NCBI GenBank assembly: GCA_027021705.1
Contig: JALUTT010000092.1
Span: 53,031 to 117,030 of the forward strand
Direction of reading: 5' to 3'
From: Anaerolineae bacterium
Lineage (GTDB): Bacteria; Chloroflexota; Anaerolineae; S140-20
Length of the DNA: 64,000 bases
Positions 1 through 8,457 of this stretch are shown here, one piece after another; positions within the stretch are counted from its first letter, which is position 1; each line of letters begins with the position of its first letter. Made by a program: the position numbers and the translations under genes. Below the pieces are notes generated by a model that worked only from the letters and a program-made list of their open reading frames with translations, ran no database searches and was not told the origin of the DNA.

Positions 1-1
1 T

Positions 2-655
2 ATCACGGCCTTTCGAGAAGAACTCTCCCGCTGGCGTTTCTACTACTTCGACCCAAAGACTATGCGGGCGGAGGTGCCTCTCAAAGAGGTTGAGAACCTG
101 GGAGCTTTTGGGGCTGACCTGGCCGCTTTCTACAGCACTTTGAAGTCGCGGCACCCTCGGCAGTTCGAGGCTTTGAACCGGGCCCTCCGCTCTCTGCTGC
201 CCGATGTCCAGCGTCTGGATGTCGAGCGTACCGATGAAGGGTTTCTGCGCCTACAGGTCTTCGAGAGAGGAGTTCCCTTCTCGGCTCGCATCATCTCCGA
301 AGGCACTCTCCGTATCCTGGGGCTGTTGGCCATCACCAACCCCCTGTCACCGACAACGGTCATCGGATACGAGGAACCGGAGAATGGGGTTCATCCCCGG
401 CGTCTCCAGCTTATCGCCGATCTGCTCAAGAACGCCTCCGAGACCGGAAAACAGGTCCTGGTCAATACCCACTCGCCTAAATTGCCTACCTACTTTGATC
501 CCCAGGCTCTCATTGTCTGTCGCAAAGAGGGGGGTAAAACTTCTTTTCTCCCCCTTTTGGACTTGGGACCTGTGTTCCAACCAGCGCTTATTGAACAAGC
601 CCTGGCCGAGACCCCGCTGTCGGAACGGATCTTGAGGGGGGATTTCGGTGGATGA
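2..655 (+). CDS. ABC-type/AAA_21 ATPase, C-terminal part (5' end outside window)
   Basis: Frame open from position 2; signature-like ISEGTLR, Walker B/D-loop IGYEEPENG, H-loop NTHSP. Confidence 0.85.
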   Translation: MTAFREELSRWRFYYFDPKTMRAEVPLKEVENLGAFGADLAAFYSTLKSRHPRQFEALNRALRSLLPDVQRLDVERTDEGFLRLQVFERGVPFSARIISEGTLRILGLLAITNPLSPTTVIGYEEPENGVHPRRLQLIADLLKNASETGKQVLVNTHSPKLPTYFDPQALIVCRKEGGKTSFLPLLDLGPVFQPALIEQALAETPLSERILRGDFGG

Positions 656-1277
656 AATTCGCATCGGATACTTCTTGGAGGATATAGGCCAGGAGCAATT
701 TCTGCGAACTTTGGTGGAGCGGGTCGCCCAAGAAGTTGGGATCGCCTCCCAACGGCTTCGCCACGAAGTGCGAAATGCCACCGGAGGGCGAGGCAAGGTG
801 CTGGACGAACTGCGGCGGTTCTTACGCGATGTCGGTCGTGAGCGCGAGAGTCCCTTTCCCTTGCTGATTGTCGCCATAGATGGCAACTGCAAGGGGTACC
901 AGGAAAGGCGGAACGAAATCCACGCCATCGTCGAACGGAGTGGCTACAGAGGACGGGTAATCTGCGCCGTGCCCGATCCCCACATCGAGCGATGGTATTT
1001 GGTGGCCCCACGCACGCTTCAGCGGGTGTTGGGGGTCTCGGTCACTCCCGGCGTGCCTCCCTACAAATGCGAACGTGGCCGCTACAAACGGGCGCTCCGC
1101 GAGGCCATCCGGCAAGCAGGCATAATAGCGCCTCTGGGAGGCATCGAATACGGCCCTGACGTTGCAAGGGCTCTCGACTTGTACACTGTTGGTCGAGCCG
1201 ATCCGGGATTCAAGCACTTCGTGGATGAACTGCGAGAGGGGTTGTCCCCTTTCGTGCGATCCCAGGACCCTTGGTAA
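648..1277 (+). CDS. DUF4276/RloB-like TOPRIM-fold partner of the ATPase
   Basis: Overlaps ATPase stop; FLED, IVAIDGN and PHIERWYL motifs resemble TOPRIM-like ATPase partners. Confidence 0.6.
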   Translation: MDEIRIGYFLEDIGQEQFLRTLVERVAQEVGIASQRLRHEVRNATGGRGKVLDELRRFLRDVGRERESPFPLLIVAIDGNCKGYQERRNEIHAIVERSGYRGRVICAVPDPHIERWYLVAPRTLQRVLGVSVTPGVPPYKCERGRYKRALREAIRQAGIIAPLGGIEYGPDVARALDLYTVGRADPGFKHFVDELREGLSPFVRSQDPW

Positions 1278-1371
1278 TTACCCATATATGCGGGCTACTT
1301 CGCGGTCCTCGGTGTAGAGATGCAACTGGAGTTGCATCCTGCTCAGCCGGGGAGACTTATGGGTAATCGCC
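1273..1371. mobile_element. MITE-like element, family B (GGTGATTACCCA ends), with internal palindrome
   Basis: GGTAATTACCCATA 1273-1286 / TATGGGTAATCGCC 1358-1371; internal GATGCAACTGGAGTTGCATC. Confidence 0.6.
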
Positions 1372-1383
1372 GACGTGCAACCG

Positions 1384-1411
1384 TTGACGGTTAGGCGAAA
1401 GGCCGTACAAT
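1384..1411 (+). promoter_or_regulatory. Sigma70-type promoter of rsmD
   Basis: TTGACG-N16-TACAAT, 10 nt before ATG. Confidence 0.6.
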
Positions 1412-1421
1412 ACGTAGCGCT

Positions 1422-1985
1422 ATGGTCCGTGTCATCGCCGGCACAGCCAAAGGACGAAAACTGCGGGTGCCTTCCGAAGGGGTCCGCCCCATCACCGACC
1501 GGGCCAAGACCGCCCTCTTCAGCATCCTGGGGCCGGCCGTGATCGGTGCCCGCGTCCTGGACCTCTTCGCCGGGGCCGGGAGTGTGGGGATCGAGGCCCT
1601 CAGCCGAGGAGCCGCCCAGGTCGTCTTCGTGGAGCGCGACCCCACAGCGGTCCAGGCCATCCGTTGGAACCTGCGCCACACCGGCCTGTTGGAGCGAAGC
1701 CGGGTGGTACGCAAGGATGTCTTCAAGTTCCTGGCCGGAGAGCCGGAACCCTTCGACCTCATTTACATCGCCCCTCCCCAGTACCGAGGGCTTTGGGCCG
1801 ATACACTGCAGGCCCTGGATGCCCGGCCTGACTGGCTGGCCGAAGAGGGTCAGATCATCGTTCAAATCCACCCTCGCGAATACGAGCCCTTGCCCCTACA
1901 GCGGCTCTCCCTCTTCGACCAGCGGACCTACGGGGGGGTGATGCTCTGCTTCTACGAACGGAGTGGAGTCCTCGTCGAGAGCTAG
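1422..1985 (+). CDS. rsmD: 16S rRNA (guanine966-N2) methyltransferase
   Basis: RVIAGTAKGRKL, LDLFAGAGSVGIEALSRGA, IAPPQY. Confidence 0.92.
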   Translation: MVRVIAGTAKGRKLRVPSEGVRPITDRAKTALFSILGPAVIGARVLDLFAGAGSVGIEALSRGAAQVVFVERDPTAVQAIRWNLRHTGLLERSRVVRKDVFKFLAGEPEPFDLIYIAPPQYRGLWADTLQALDARPDWLAEEGQIIVQIHPREYEPLPLQRLSLFDQRTYGGVMLCFYERSGVLVES

Positions 1986-2119
1986 GTGAGGCTTCCATCC
2001 TTCTACGGGCAAAACCGTCTCTTTGCCAACCCTTCCGCCTCTTCATACCCACCCTTGGGCGAGCCGCCATCGTCCCCCTCATTGAACGCCCCGCTCGTGA
2101 AGATATACACACATCTCTA

Positions 2120-2193
2120 TGTCAAAAGTGACAACTGTCATATGAAATGAATGGCAACGATTACTTGACTTTTCTCGGTCTTCCGGGGATGAT
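2120..2193 (+). promoter_or_regulatory. Putative promoter and palindromic operator of the CODH/ACS operon
   Basis: TGTCA-AAAG-TGACA-AC-TGTCA 2120-2140; TTGACT 2165-2170, N17, GATGAT 2188-2193. Confidence 0.45.
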
Positions 2194-2257
2194 GTCCCCA
2201 AGGGATTGAAGAAGTTTTTGCCGTAATCTGTTCCTAAAAGGCACCAACAGGGGAGGG

Positions 2258-2674
2258 ATGCCTATGGCCACGTTGACCCTTGAGGTCCCGTTGATGTACG
2301 GTGACCATCACGTTACCGAGGTGAGGCGGCTCCTGCTGAGCTTGCCCGGCGTAGAGGATGTCTACGCCAGCAGCTGTTTCCACATCGTCGAGGTCCAGTA
2401 CGACGAAGCTCAGGTGAGTCCTGAGGAGATTGAGGCCCGGCTGGAGGAAGCCGGCTATCTGGGAGAGTTGCCGGTGCCCGTCGAGGCCGGGGCCGTCCAC
2501 GGGAATGGACAGGGGGACGGTCCGAAGCCCTCGTATCGCCACACGACCGCCTATGAGCAGACCCGGCAGGTGATCAGCTTCGCCCAGCGCGTGCCCTATC
2601 GGGGACGCCCCTTGTGGCCCTGTCCCGGGATGGGGGTTCTGCGCAACGTAGAACTAGAAGAAGAAGGGAGGTGA
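2258..2674 (+). CDS. HMA-fold-like metal-binding protein, first gene of CODH/ACS operon
   Basis: TLTLEVPLMYGDHHV...LPGVEDV...VQYD...EEAGY pattern; RBS GGGGAGG. Confidence 0.7.
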   Translation: MPMATLTLEVPLMYGDHHVTEVRRLLLSLPGVEDVYASSCFHIVEVQYDEAQVSPEEIEARLEEAGYLGELPVPVEAGAVHGNGQGDGPKPSYRHTTAYEQTRQVISFAQRVPYRGRPLWPCPGMGVLRNVELEEEGR

Positions 2675-2677
2675 CCG

Positions 2678-4693
2678 ATGGCCCGGAAGAAGCGCAGCCT
2701 CGAAGAGTTCAGCGCCGATCCTGCCGCTCAGGAGATGCTGGTACGTGCCGAGGAGATGGGGGTCTCGACGGCCTTCCATCGGGCCGACGCCCTCGCCCCC
2801 TGCAACATCGGGGCTGCCGGCATGTGTTGCAGCAACTGCGGCATGGGGCCTTGCCGGCTGACCAAGGATGGGCTGACCGGCGTCTGCGGCGCGACCATTG
2901 ACACCATCCAAGCCCGTAACCTGGTCCGGGCCATCGCCGTGGGATCGGCGGCCCATTCGGACCACGGACGTGATATGGCCTTCACCCTCAAGGCGGTCGC
3001 CAACGGGGAGGCGGAAGGCTACGTGATCCGCGACGTGCCCAAGCTCCGCACCCTGGCCGCCCGTTACGGCATCCCCATCGAGGGGCGCTCCCCCGAAGAG
3101 ATCGCCAACGACCTGGCCGACCTCTACATCGCCCAGTTCGGTCAGCAGGATGGCCAGGTGGTCCCCATTATCCGTGCGCCGGAGAAGCGTCAGAAGCTCT
3201 GGAAGAAGCTGGGCGTCATCCCCCGAGGTATTGACCGGGAGGTCGTCGAAGCGCTGCACCGCACCCATATCGGCGACGACCAGGATGCCGAGCACCTCCT
3301 GCACCACGCCATCCGCACCGCCCTCAGCGACGGCTGGGGAGGTAGCATGATCGCCACCGACGTCTCCGACATCCTCTTCGGGACGCCGGCCCCCCTCCTC
3401 GGACGGGCCAACTTGGGTGTCCTACGGGAGGATATGGTCAACGTCATTGTCCACGGCCACGAGCCGACTTTGAGCGAGATGATCGTCGCCGCCTCCCAGG
3501 ATCCGGAGATCATCGAGTACGCCCGCGCTGCCGGCGCCAAAGGGGTCAACCTGGCCGGCATTTGCTGCACCGCCAATGAGATCCTGATGCGCCAGGGCGT
3601 CCCGGCCGCCGGAAACTTCCTGCACCAGGAGTTGGTCATCCTCACCGGTGCCGTCGAGGCGATGGTGGTGGACGTCCAGTGCATCATGCAGGCCCTCGTC
3701 GGCCTGGCCCAGAACTTCCACACCCTGATCATCACCACCTCCCCCAAGGTGAAGATCAAGGACGCGGTCCACATCGAGTTCGACGAGCACCAGGCTCTCA
3801 CCATCGCCAAGGAGATCCTGCGCCGCGCCATTGACAACTTCAAGAACCGGGGCGAGGTCCACATCCCGGCCGCCCAATCGGAGCTAATCCCCGGCTTCTC
3901 CCACGAGTACATCAACTATATGCTGGGTGGGAGCTACCGCGCCTCCTTCCGCCCCCTCAACGACGCCATCATGGCCGGGCGCATCCGGGGTGTGGCGGCC
4001 ATCGTGGGGTGCAACAACCCCCGCAGCACCCAGGACTACCTGCACTCCTACGTGACCCAGGAGCTCCTCAAGCAGGATGTGCTGATCGTGGAGACGGGGT
4101 GCGGGGCCATCGCCACCGCCAAGTTGGGCCTCATGCTCGGAGAGGCCGGCCTGGATCAGGTCGGGCCGGGCCTGCGCGAAATCTGCGAGACCGTCGGCAT
4201 CCCACCGGTGCTCCACATGGGCTCCTGTGTGGACAATAGCCGCATCCTCACCGTGCTCACCCAAATGGTCGAGGAGGGCGGTCTGGGTGACGACATTGAC
4301 CAGATTCCGGCGGTGGGGCTGGCTCCCGAGTGGATGAGCGAGAAGGCCCTCTCCATTGGTGCCTATTGCGTCGCATCCGGCGTCTACGTCATCTTCGGCG
4401 GGAGTTCGCCGGTGAGCGGGATGCCCGATCGGGTCTCTGACAGCGACCTGGTCTCCCGCTACATCAGCGAGGGATGGGAGAAGCTCTACGGCGGCAAGCT
4501 GGAGTTCATCCCCGATCCCGAGGAGATGGTTCGCAAGACGCTGGAGCACATTGACAAGAAGCGTGCGGCCTTGGGGCTGCCGGAGTACGATCCCAGCCGC
4601 TTTGGCCGCAGCGGCGATGCCCGCATCCTGGAACTGGAGAAACTCCCGTTGCCGGAGCGTCGGGAAGCGCTTTACGGTGTACCGGTGCGCTAG
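2678..4693 (+). CDS. cooS: Ni-Fe carbon monoxide dehydrogenase catalytic subunit (CooS/AcsA)
   Basis: CNIGAAGMCCSNCGMGPC; C-cluster ligands HGH, GICCT, DVQC, GCNN, TGC, GSCVD. Confidence 0.97.
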   Translation: MARKKRSLEEFSADPAAQEMLVRAEEMGVSTAFHRADALAPCNIGAAGMCCSNCGMGPCRLTKDGLTGVCGATIDTIQARNLVRAIAVGSAAHSDHGRDMAFTLKAVANGEAEGYVIRDVPKLRTLAARYGIPIEGRSPEEIANDLADLYIAQFGQQDGQVVPIIRAPEKRQKLWKKLGVIPRGIDREVVEALHRTHIGDDQDAEHLLHHAIRTALSDGWGGSMIATDVSDILFGTPAPLLGRANLGVLREDMVNVIVHGHEPTLSEMIVAASQDPEIIEYARAAGAKGVNLAGICCTANEILMRQGVPAAGNFLHQELVILTGAVEAMVVDVQCIMQALVGLAQNFHTLIITTSPKVKIKDAVHIEFDEHQALTIAKEILRRAIDNFKNRGEVHIPAAQSELIPGFSHEYINYMLGGSYRASFRPLNDAIMAGRIRGVAAIVGCNNPRSTQDYLHSYVTQELLKQDVLIVETGCGAIATAKLGLMLGEAGLDQVGPGLREICETVGIPPVLHMGSCVDNSRILTVLTQMVEEGGLGDDIDQIPAVGLAPEWMSEKALSIGAYCVASGVYVIFGGSSPVSGMPDRVSDSDLVSRYISEGWEKLYGGKLEFIPDPEEMVRKTLEHIDKKRAALGLPEYDPSRFGRSGDARILELEKLPLPERREALYGVPVR

Positions 4694-4721
4694 AAGAGGA
4701 AGAGCAGGAGGAGGTAGCCCT

Positions 4722-7010
4722 ATGTCTCGTTACATCGCCACCCGCGCCATCCGTGGCGCGCACGCTCTGGTCACAGAAGCCGAACTGATGCTCCAAAAGG
4801 CCCTGGCCGAGAAGGGGCCGGAGACCCCGGTCGCCTTTCCCAACACGGCTTACTACCTCCCCGTGATCTACGGCATGACCGGCATTCCCGTCGAGAAGCT
4901 GGGCCAACTGGAGCCGGTGCTCCAACACGCGCGCGCTCTGCTGCATCCCCTCCCCTCGGAGAAGCGATGGACGCCCTATCTGGGCGAAACCCTGGATTGT
5001 GGCATGGCGACGCTGCTGGCCGCCGAGGCCATCGAAGCCATCCGTTTCGTCTACGGGCTGCAGCCGGAACCGATGCCCGGCTTCCGGCTGGCCGGTGGTA
5101 CCGCCTTCACCAGTCCCGACAACGGGGCCGGCGGCGAGAGCCTGGACGGCCATCTCAACGGTCCCATTGACGACATCCAGTTGCGCACGTGGGGGATCCA
5201 GTTGGTGGACGGGCGGATGCCGGGCTTCGCTGCCATCATCGGCGCGGCCAAGTCCAACGAGGTCGCCGTGAAGATCGTGCGCGAGCTCCAGCAACGGAAT
5301 ATCCTCTGTTTCCTCGCCGGCAACGTCAACGGGCGGAGCATCATCCACCAGTTGATCGAGGAAGGGGTCGAGCTGGGCTACGACACCTACACTGTCCCCT
5401 TTGGCACAGACACCATCAGCGCCATCTACGCCTTGGGCTTCGCCGTCCGCTCAGCCCTCACCTTCGGCGGCCTCAAGGGCGGCCAGGCCCGGGAAATCCT
5501 GCTCTACAACAAGGACCGTGTCTTCGCCTTCGTCCTGGCCCTGGGCGAGGTGGACGACCTGAAGTACGCCGCCGCCGCCGGCGCCATCAACTTCGGTTTC
5601 CCCGTCATCGCCGACACCGTCATCCCCGAGATCCTGCCCACGGGCATCACCACCTATGAGCACGTGGTCAGCATGCCCTTCAACGAGATCGAGGGCAAGG
5701 ACGACTTGGAGCGGGCCGAGCGGCTGGTGCAGAAGTGCATCGAAGTGCGCGGCGTCAAGATCAAGGTTACCAAAGTGCCCGTCCCCGTCCCCTACGGCTC
5801 CGCCTTCGAGGGCGAGGTCGTGCGGCGGGCCGACATGCGGATCGAGTTCGGCGGCAAGTACTCCCGCGCCTTCGAGTACCTCTACATGGCTCCTCTCAAC
5901 GAGGTGGTGGACGGGCGCGTCGAGGTCGTCGGACCCGGCTTCGAGGAGGTCCCCGAACAGGGCCACATGGACCTGGGCATCGTGGTCAAGGTGGCCGGCC
6001 GGGGGATGCAGGAGGACTTCGAGCCGGTGCTGGAACGCCAGATCCACTACTTCATCAACGGGGCCTCCGGCGTCCAGCACATCGGCCAGCGCGACATCGC
6101 CTGGATCCGCATCTCCAAAGCGGCGGCGGAGAAGGGCTTCAACTTGGAGCACCTGGGCAAGATCCTGCACGCCCGCTTCCACGCCGACTTCGGGGCCATC
6201 GTGGACAAAGTCGAGGTGACCATCTTCACCGATCCCGACCGGATCGAGGAGTGGCTGCGGGAGGCCCGCAAAGCCTACGACCGACGCAACAAGCGGCTGG
6301 CCGACCTGACCGACGAATCGGTCAACGAGTTTTACTCCTGCACCCTCTGCCAGTCCTTCGCCCCCAACCACGTCTGCGTCATCAGCCCCCAACGGCTAGG
6401 ACTCTGCGGGGCCTACAACTGGCTGGACTGCAAGGCCTCCTACAACATCAACCCCACCGGCCCCAACCAGCCCATCAAGCTGGGCACCTGCATTGACCCG
6501 GTGAAGGGGTACTGGACGGGGATCAACGAGTACGCCCGCATTGCCTCCCACGGCACCGTTGAAGAGGTGGCGATGTACTCGATTATGGAAAACCCGATGA
6601 CCGCCTGCGGCTGCTTCGAGTGCATCGTCATGCTCATCCCCGAGGCAAACGGCGTGATGGTGGTCAGCCGGGAGGACTCCAGCATGACGCCGGCGGGCAT
6701 GACCTTCAGCACCCTGGCCGGGATGGTCGGCGGCGGCATCCAGACCCCCGGCGTGATGGGCGTGGGCAAGTACTACCTGCTCAGCCCCAAGTTCATCTCC
6801 GCCGACGGCGGCTTCAAGCGGGTGGTCTGGATGAGCAGCATCCTCAAAGAGACGATGGCCGAGGAACTCCACGCCGTCGCCACCCGCGAGGGCGATCCTG
6901 AGCTGATCTCCCGCATCGCCGACGAACGCTACGCCGTCACCGTTGAGGAACTGCTGGCCTGGCTGGAGGAACACGACCATCCTGCCCTGACTATGCCGCC
7001 TATCTTCTGA
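4722..7010 (+). CDS. acsB: Acetyl-CoA synthase
   Basis: ATG 4722 after GGAGGAGGT; A-cluster CTLCQ, GLCG, TACGCFEC. Confidence 0.97.
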   Translation: MSRYIATRAIRGAHALVTEAELMLQKALAEKGPETPVAFPNTAYYLPVIYGMTGIPVEKLGQLEPVLQHARALLHPLPSEKRWTPYLGETLDCGMATLLAAEAIEAIRFVYGLQPEPMPGFRLAGGTAFTSPDNGAGGESLDGHLNGPIDDIQLRTWGIQLVDGRMPGFAAIIGAAKSNEVAVKIVRELQQRNILCFLAGNVNGRSIIHQLIEEGVELGYDTYTVPFGTDTISAIYALGFAVRSALTFGGLKGGQAREILLYNKDRVFAFVLALGEVDDLKYAAAAGAINFGFPVIADTVIPEILPTGITTYEHVVSMPFNEIEGKDDLERAERLVQKCIEVRGVKIKVTKVPVPVPYGSAFEGEVVRRADMRIEFGGKYSRAFEYLYMAPLNEVVDGRVEVVGPGFEEVPEQGHMDLGIVVKVAGRGMQEDFEPVLERQIHYFINGASGVQHIGQRDIAWIRISKAAAEKGFNLEHLGKILHARFHADFGAIVDKVEVTIFTDPDRIEEWLREARKAYDRRNKRLADLTDESVNEFYSCTLCQSFAPNHVCVISPQRLGLCGAYNWLDCKASYNINPTGPNQPIKLGTCIDPVKGYWTGINEYARIASHGTVEEVAMYSIMENPMTACGCFECIVMLIPEANGVMVVSREDSSMTPAGMTFSTLAGMVGGGIQTPGVMGVGKYYLLSPKFISADGGFKRVVWMSSILKETMAEELHAVATREGDPELISRIADERYAVTVEELLAWLEEHDHPALTMPPIF

Positions 7011-7023
7011 CAGACGCGCCGAG

Positions 7024-7218
7024 GGGTGGTCTCCCGCCGAGGCGTGCCATCGCTCCGCCACCTGTCGGACGTGGACCATAAGGCTGCACGGGGAGGCCCT
7101 CTTAACCTCGGCCGGAATGGGAATTCCGGCCTGCGGGGCAGCTCGCCGGGTTTGGCTCCCTTGGCCTGTGGAACGTCCGGGTAGGATCGAGTGACCGACG
7201 TCCCGTGGGAGACCACCC
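7024..7218. other. Long nested stem-loop region between acsB and acsD
   Basis: Nested complementary arms 7024-7037/7205-7218, 7066-7072/7173-7179, 7090-7098/7154-7161, 7110-7118/7123-7131. Confidence 0.55.
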
Positions 7219-7458
7219 GACGGAGAGGGTGGGGGACGTTCTCGGTATGGTGTCCCCTTCCCTCCCCGTCTGGGACGGCCCTCCTCTTCCTCTCTTCCAG
7301 GTTGAGGTGAGCTGCAATCCGTGAATTCGTTCGGGATTCGTTGACTGGGTGCCGATGGAGCGACCCGCAGGTCGCCCGTAGGCACAGAGTTTAGCCGGTG
7401 CTGTATCGCACCTCCAAGCCCATCCAGACGAGAGACCGGAAATACGCAGGAGTGAGCT

Positions 7459-8442
7459 ATGCCTCTCGAAATTCCGAAAGACAAATGGCCCGGTTCCGTT
7501 CGCACCATCACCATCGGGGCCACCCCCGAGGAGGGGGGGACCCGCGCCTGTACCGTCACCGTCGGGGGGGAGACGACGATGCCCTTCCTCCACTTTGAGG
7601 GCGAGATTCCCCACCGACCGGTGGTGGCCATCGAGATCCGAGACCGCCGGCCCGACGATTGGTCCCCGCTGCTCCTGGAGACCTGGGGGGAGGTGGTGAA
7701 CGACCCGGCCGCCTGGGCCAAAGCGGCCGAGGAGGCCGGCGCCGACCTGATCCAGCTCTCCCTCAGCCTGACCGACGGCGACGGGGAGACCACCACCCCC
7801 GAGGCCGCCGTCGCCGCCGTCCGGGCGGTGCTTCAGGCCAGCGGGCTGCCGCTGATGGTCTTCGGGCCCGGCCAGGCCGAGGTGGACAACCAACTGCTGG
7901 TCGCGGTGGCCGAGGCAACCGCCGGGGAACGGCTGGTGCTGGGCATCTGCGAGGACAAGAACTACCGCACCATCGTCGCCACGGCGATGGCCAACGGCCA
8001 CCTGGTCAACGCCCGCACCCCGATGGACGTCAATCTGGCCAAGCAGCTCAACATCCTCATCAGCGATATGGGCTTTCCCCTCGACCGCATCCTGATGGAC
8101 CCGACCACAGCCGCCCTGGGCTACGGCATCGAGTACGGCTTCTCCGCGATGGAACGGCTGCGCCTGGCCGCGCTCCAGGGGGATGCCATGACCCAGTTCC
8201 CGATGCTCGTCACCCCCGGCTTCGAGGCCTGGAAGACCAAAGAGGCCAAAGTCGGTGAGGAGGTGCCGGCCGAGTGGGGCGACTGGCTGGAGCGGGCCGT
8301 CCATTGGGAGACCCTCACCGCCGTTACCCTGCTGGAGGCCGGGGCCGACATCCTCGTCCTCCGCCATCCCGAGAGCGTGCGCCGGGTCAAGGCTGCCATT
8401 GACGACCTGATGACCGTGCGCGAAGTGGAAGCAGTGGCGTGA
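7459..8442 (+). CDS. acsD: Corrinoid iron-sulfur protein small subunit
   Basis: VGGETTMPF, DVNLAKQLN, LGYGIEY, AGADILVLRHP. Confidence 0.95.
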   Translation: MPLEIPKDKWPGSVRTITIGATPEEGGTRACTVTVGGETTMPFLHFEGEIPHRPVVAIEIRDRRPDDWSPLLLETWGEVVNDPAAWAKAAEEAGADLIQLSLSLTDGDGETTTPEAAVAAVRAVLQASGLPLMVFGPGQAEVDNQLLVAVAEATAGERLVLGICEDKNYRTIVATAMANGHLVNARTPMDVNLAKQLNILISDMGFPLDRILMDPTTAALGYGIEYGFSAMERLRLAALQGDAMTQFPMLVTPGFEAWKTKEAKVGEEVPAEWGDWLERAVHWETLTAVTLLEAGADILVLRHPESVRRVKAAIDDLMTVREVEAVA

Positions 8443-8457
8443 TAAGGAGACAGCGCT

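Noticed and set aside
2120..2140. CooA binding site
   Set aside because: Half-site spacing is 4 and 2 nt rather than 6, and no cooA is in the window
7011..7458. Cobalamin riboswitch before acsD
   Set aside because: Context is attractive, but the conserved GGGAA...GCCCCCGC.ACTGT and B12-box motifs were not found
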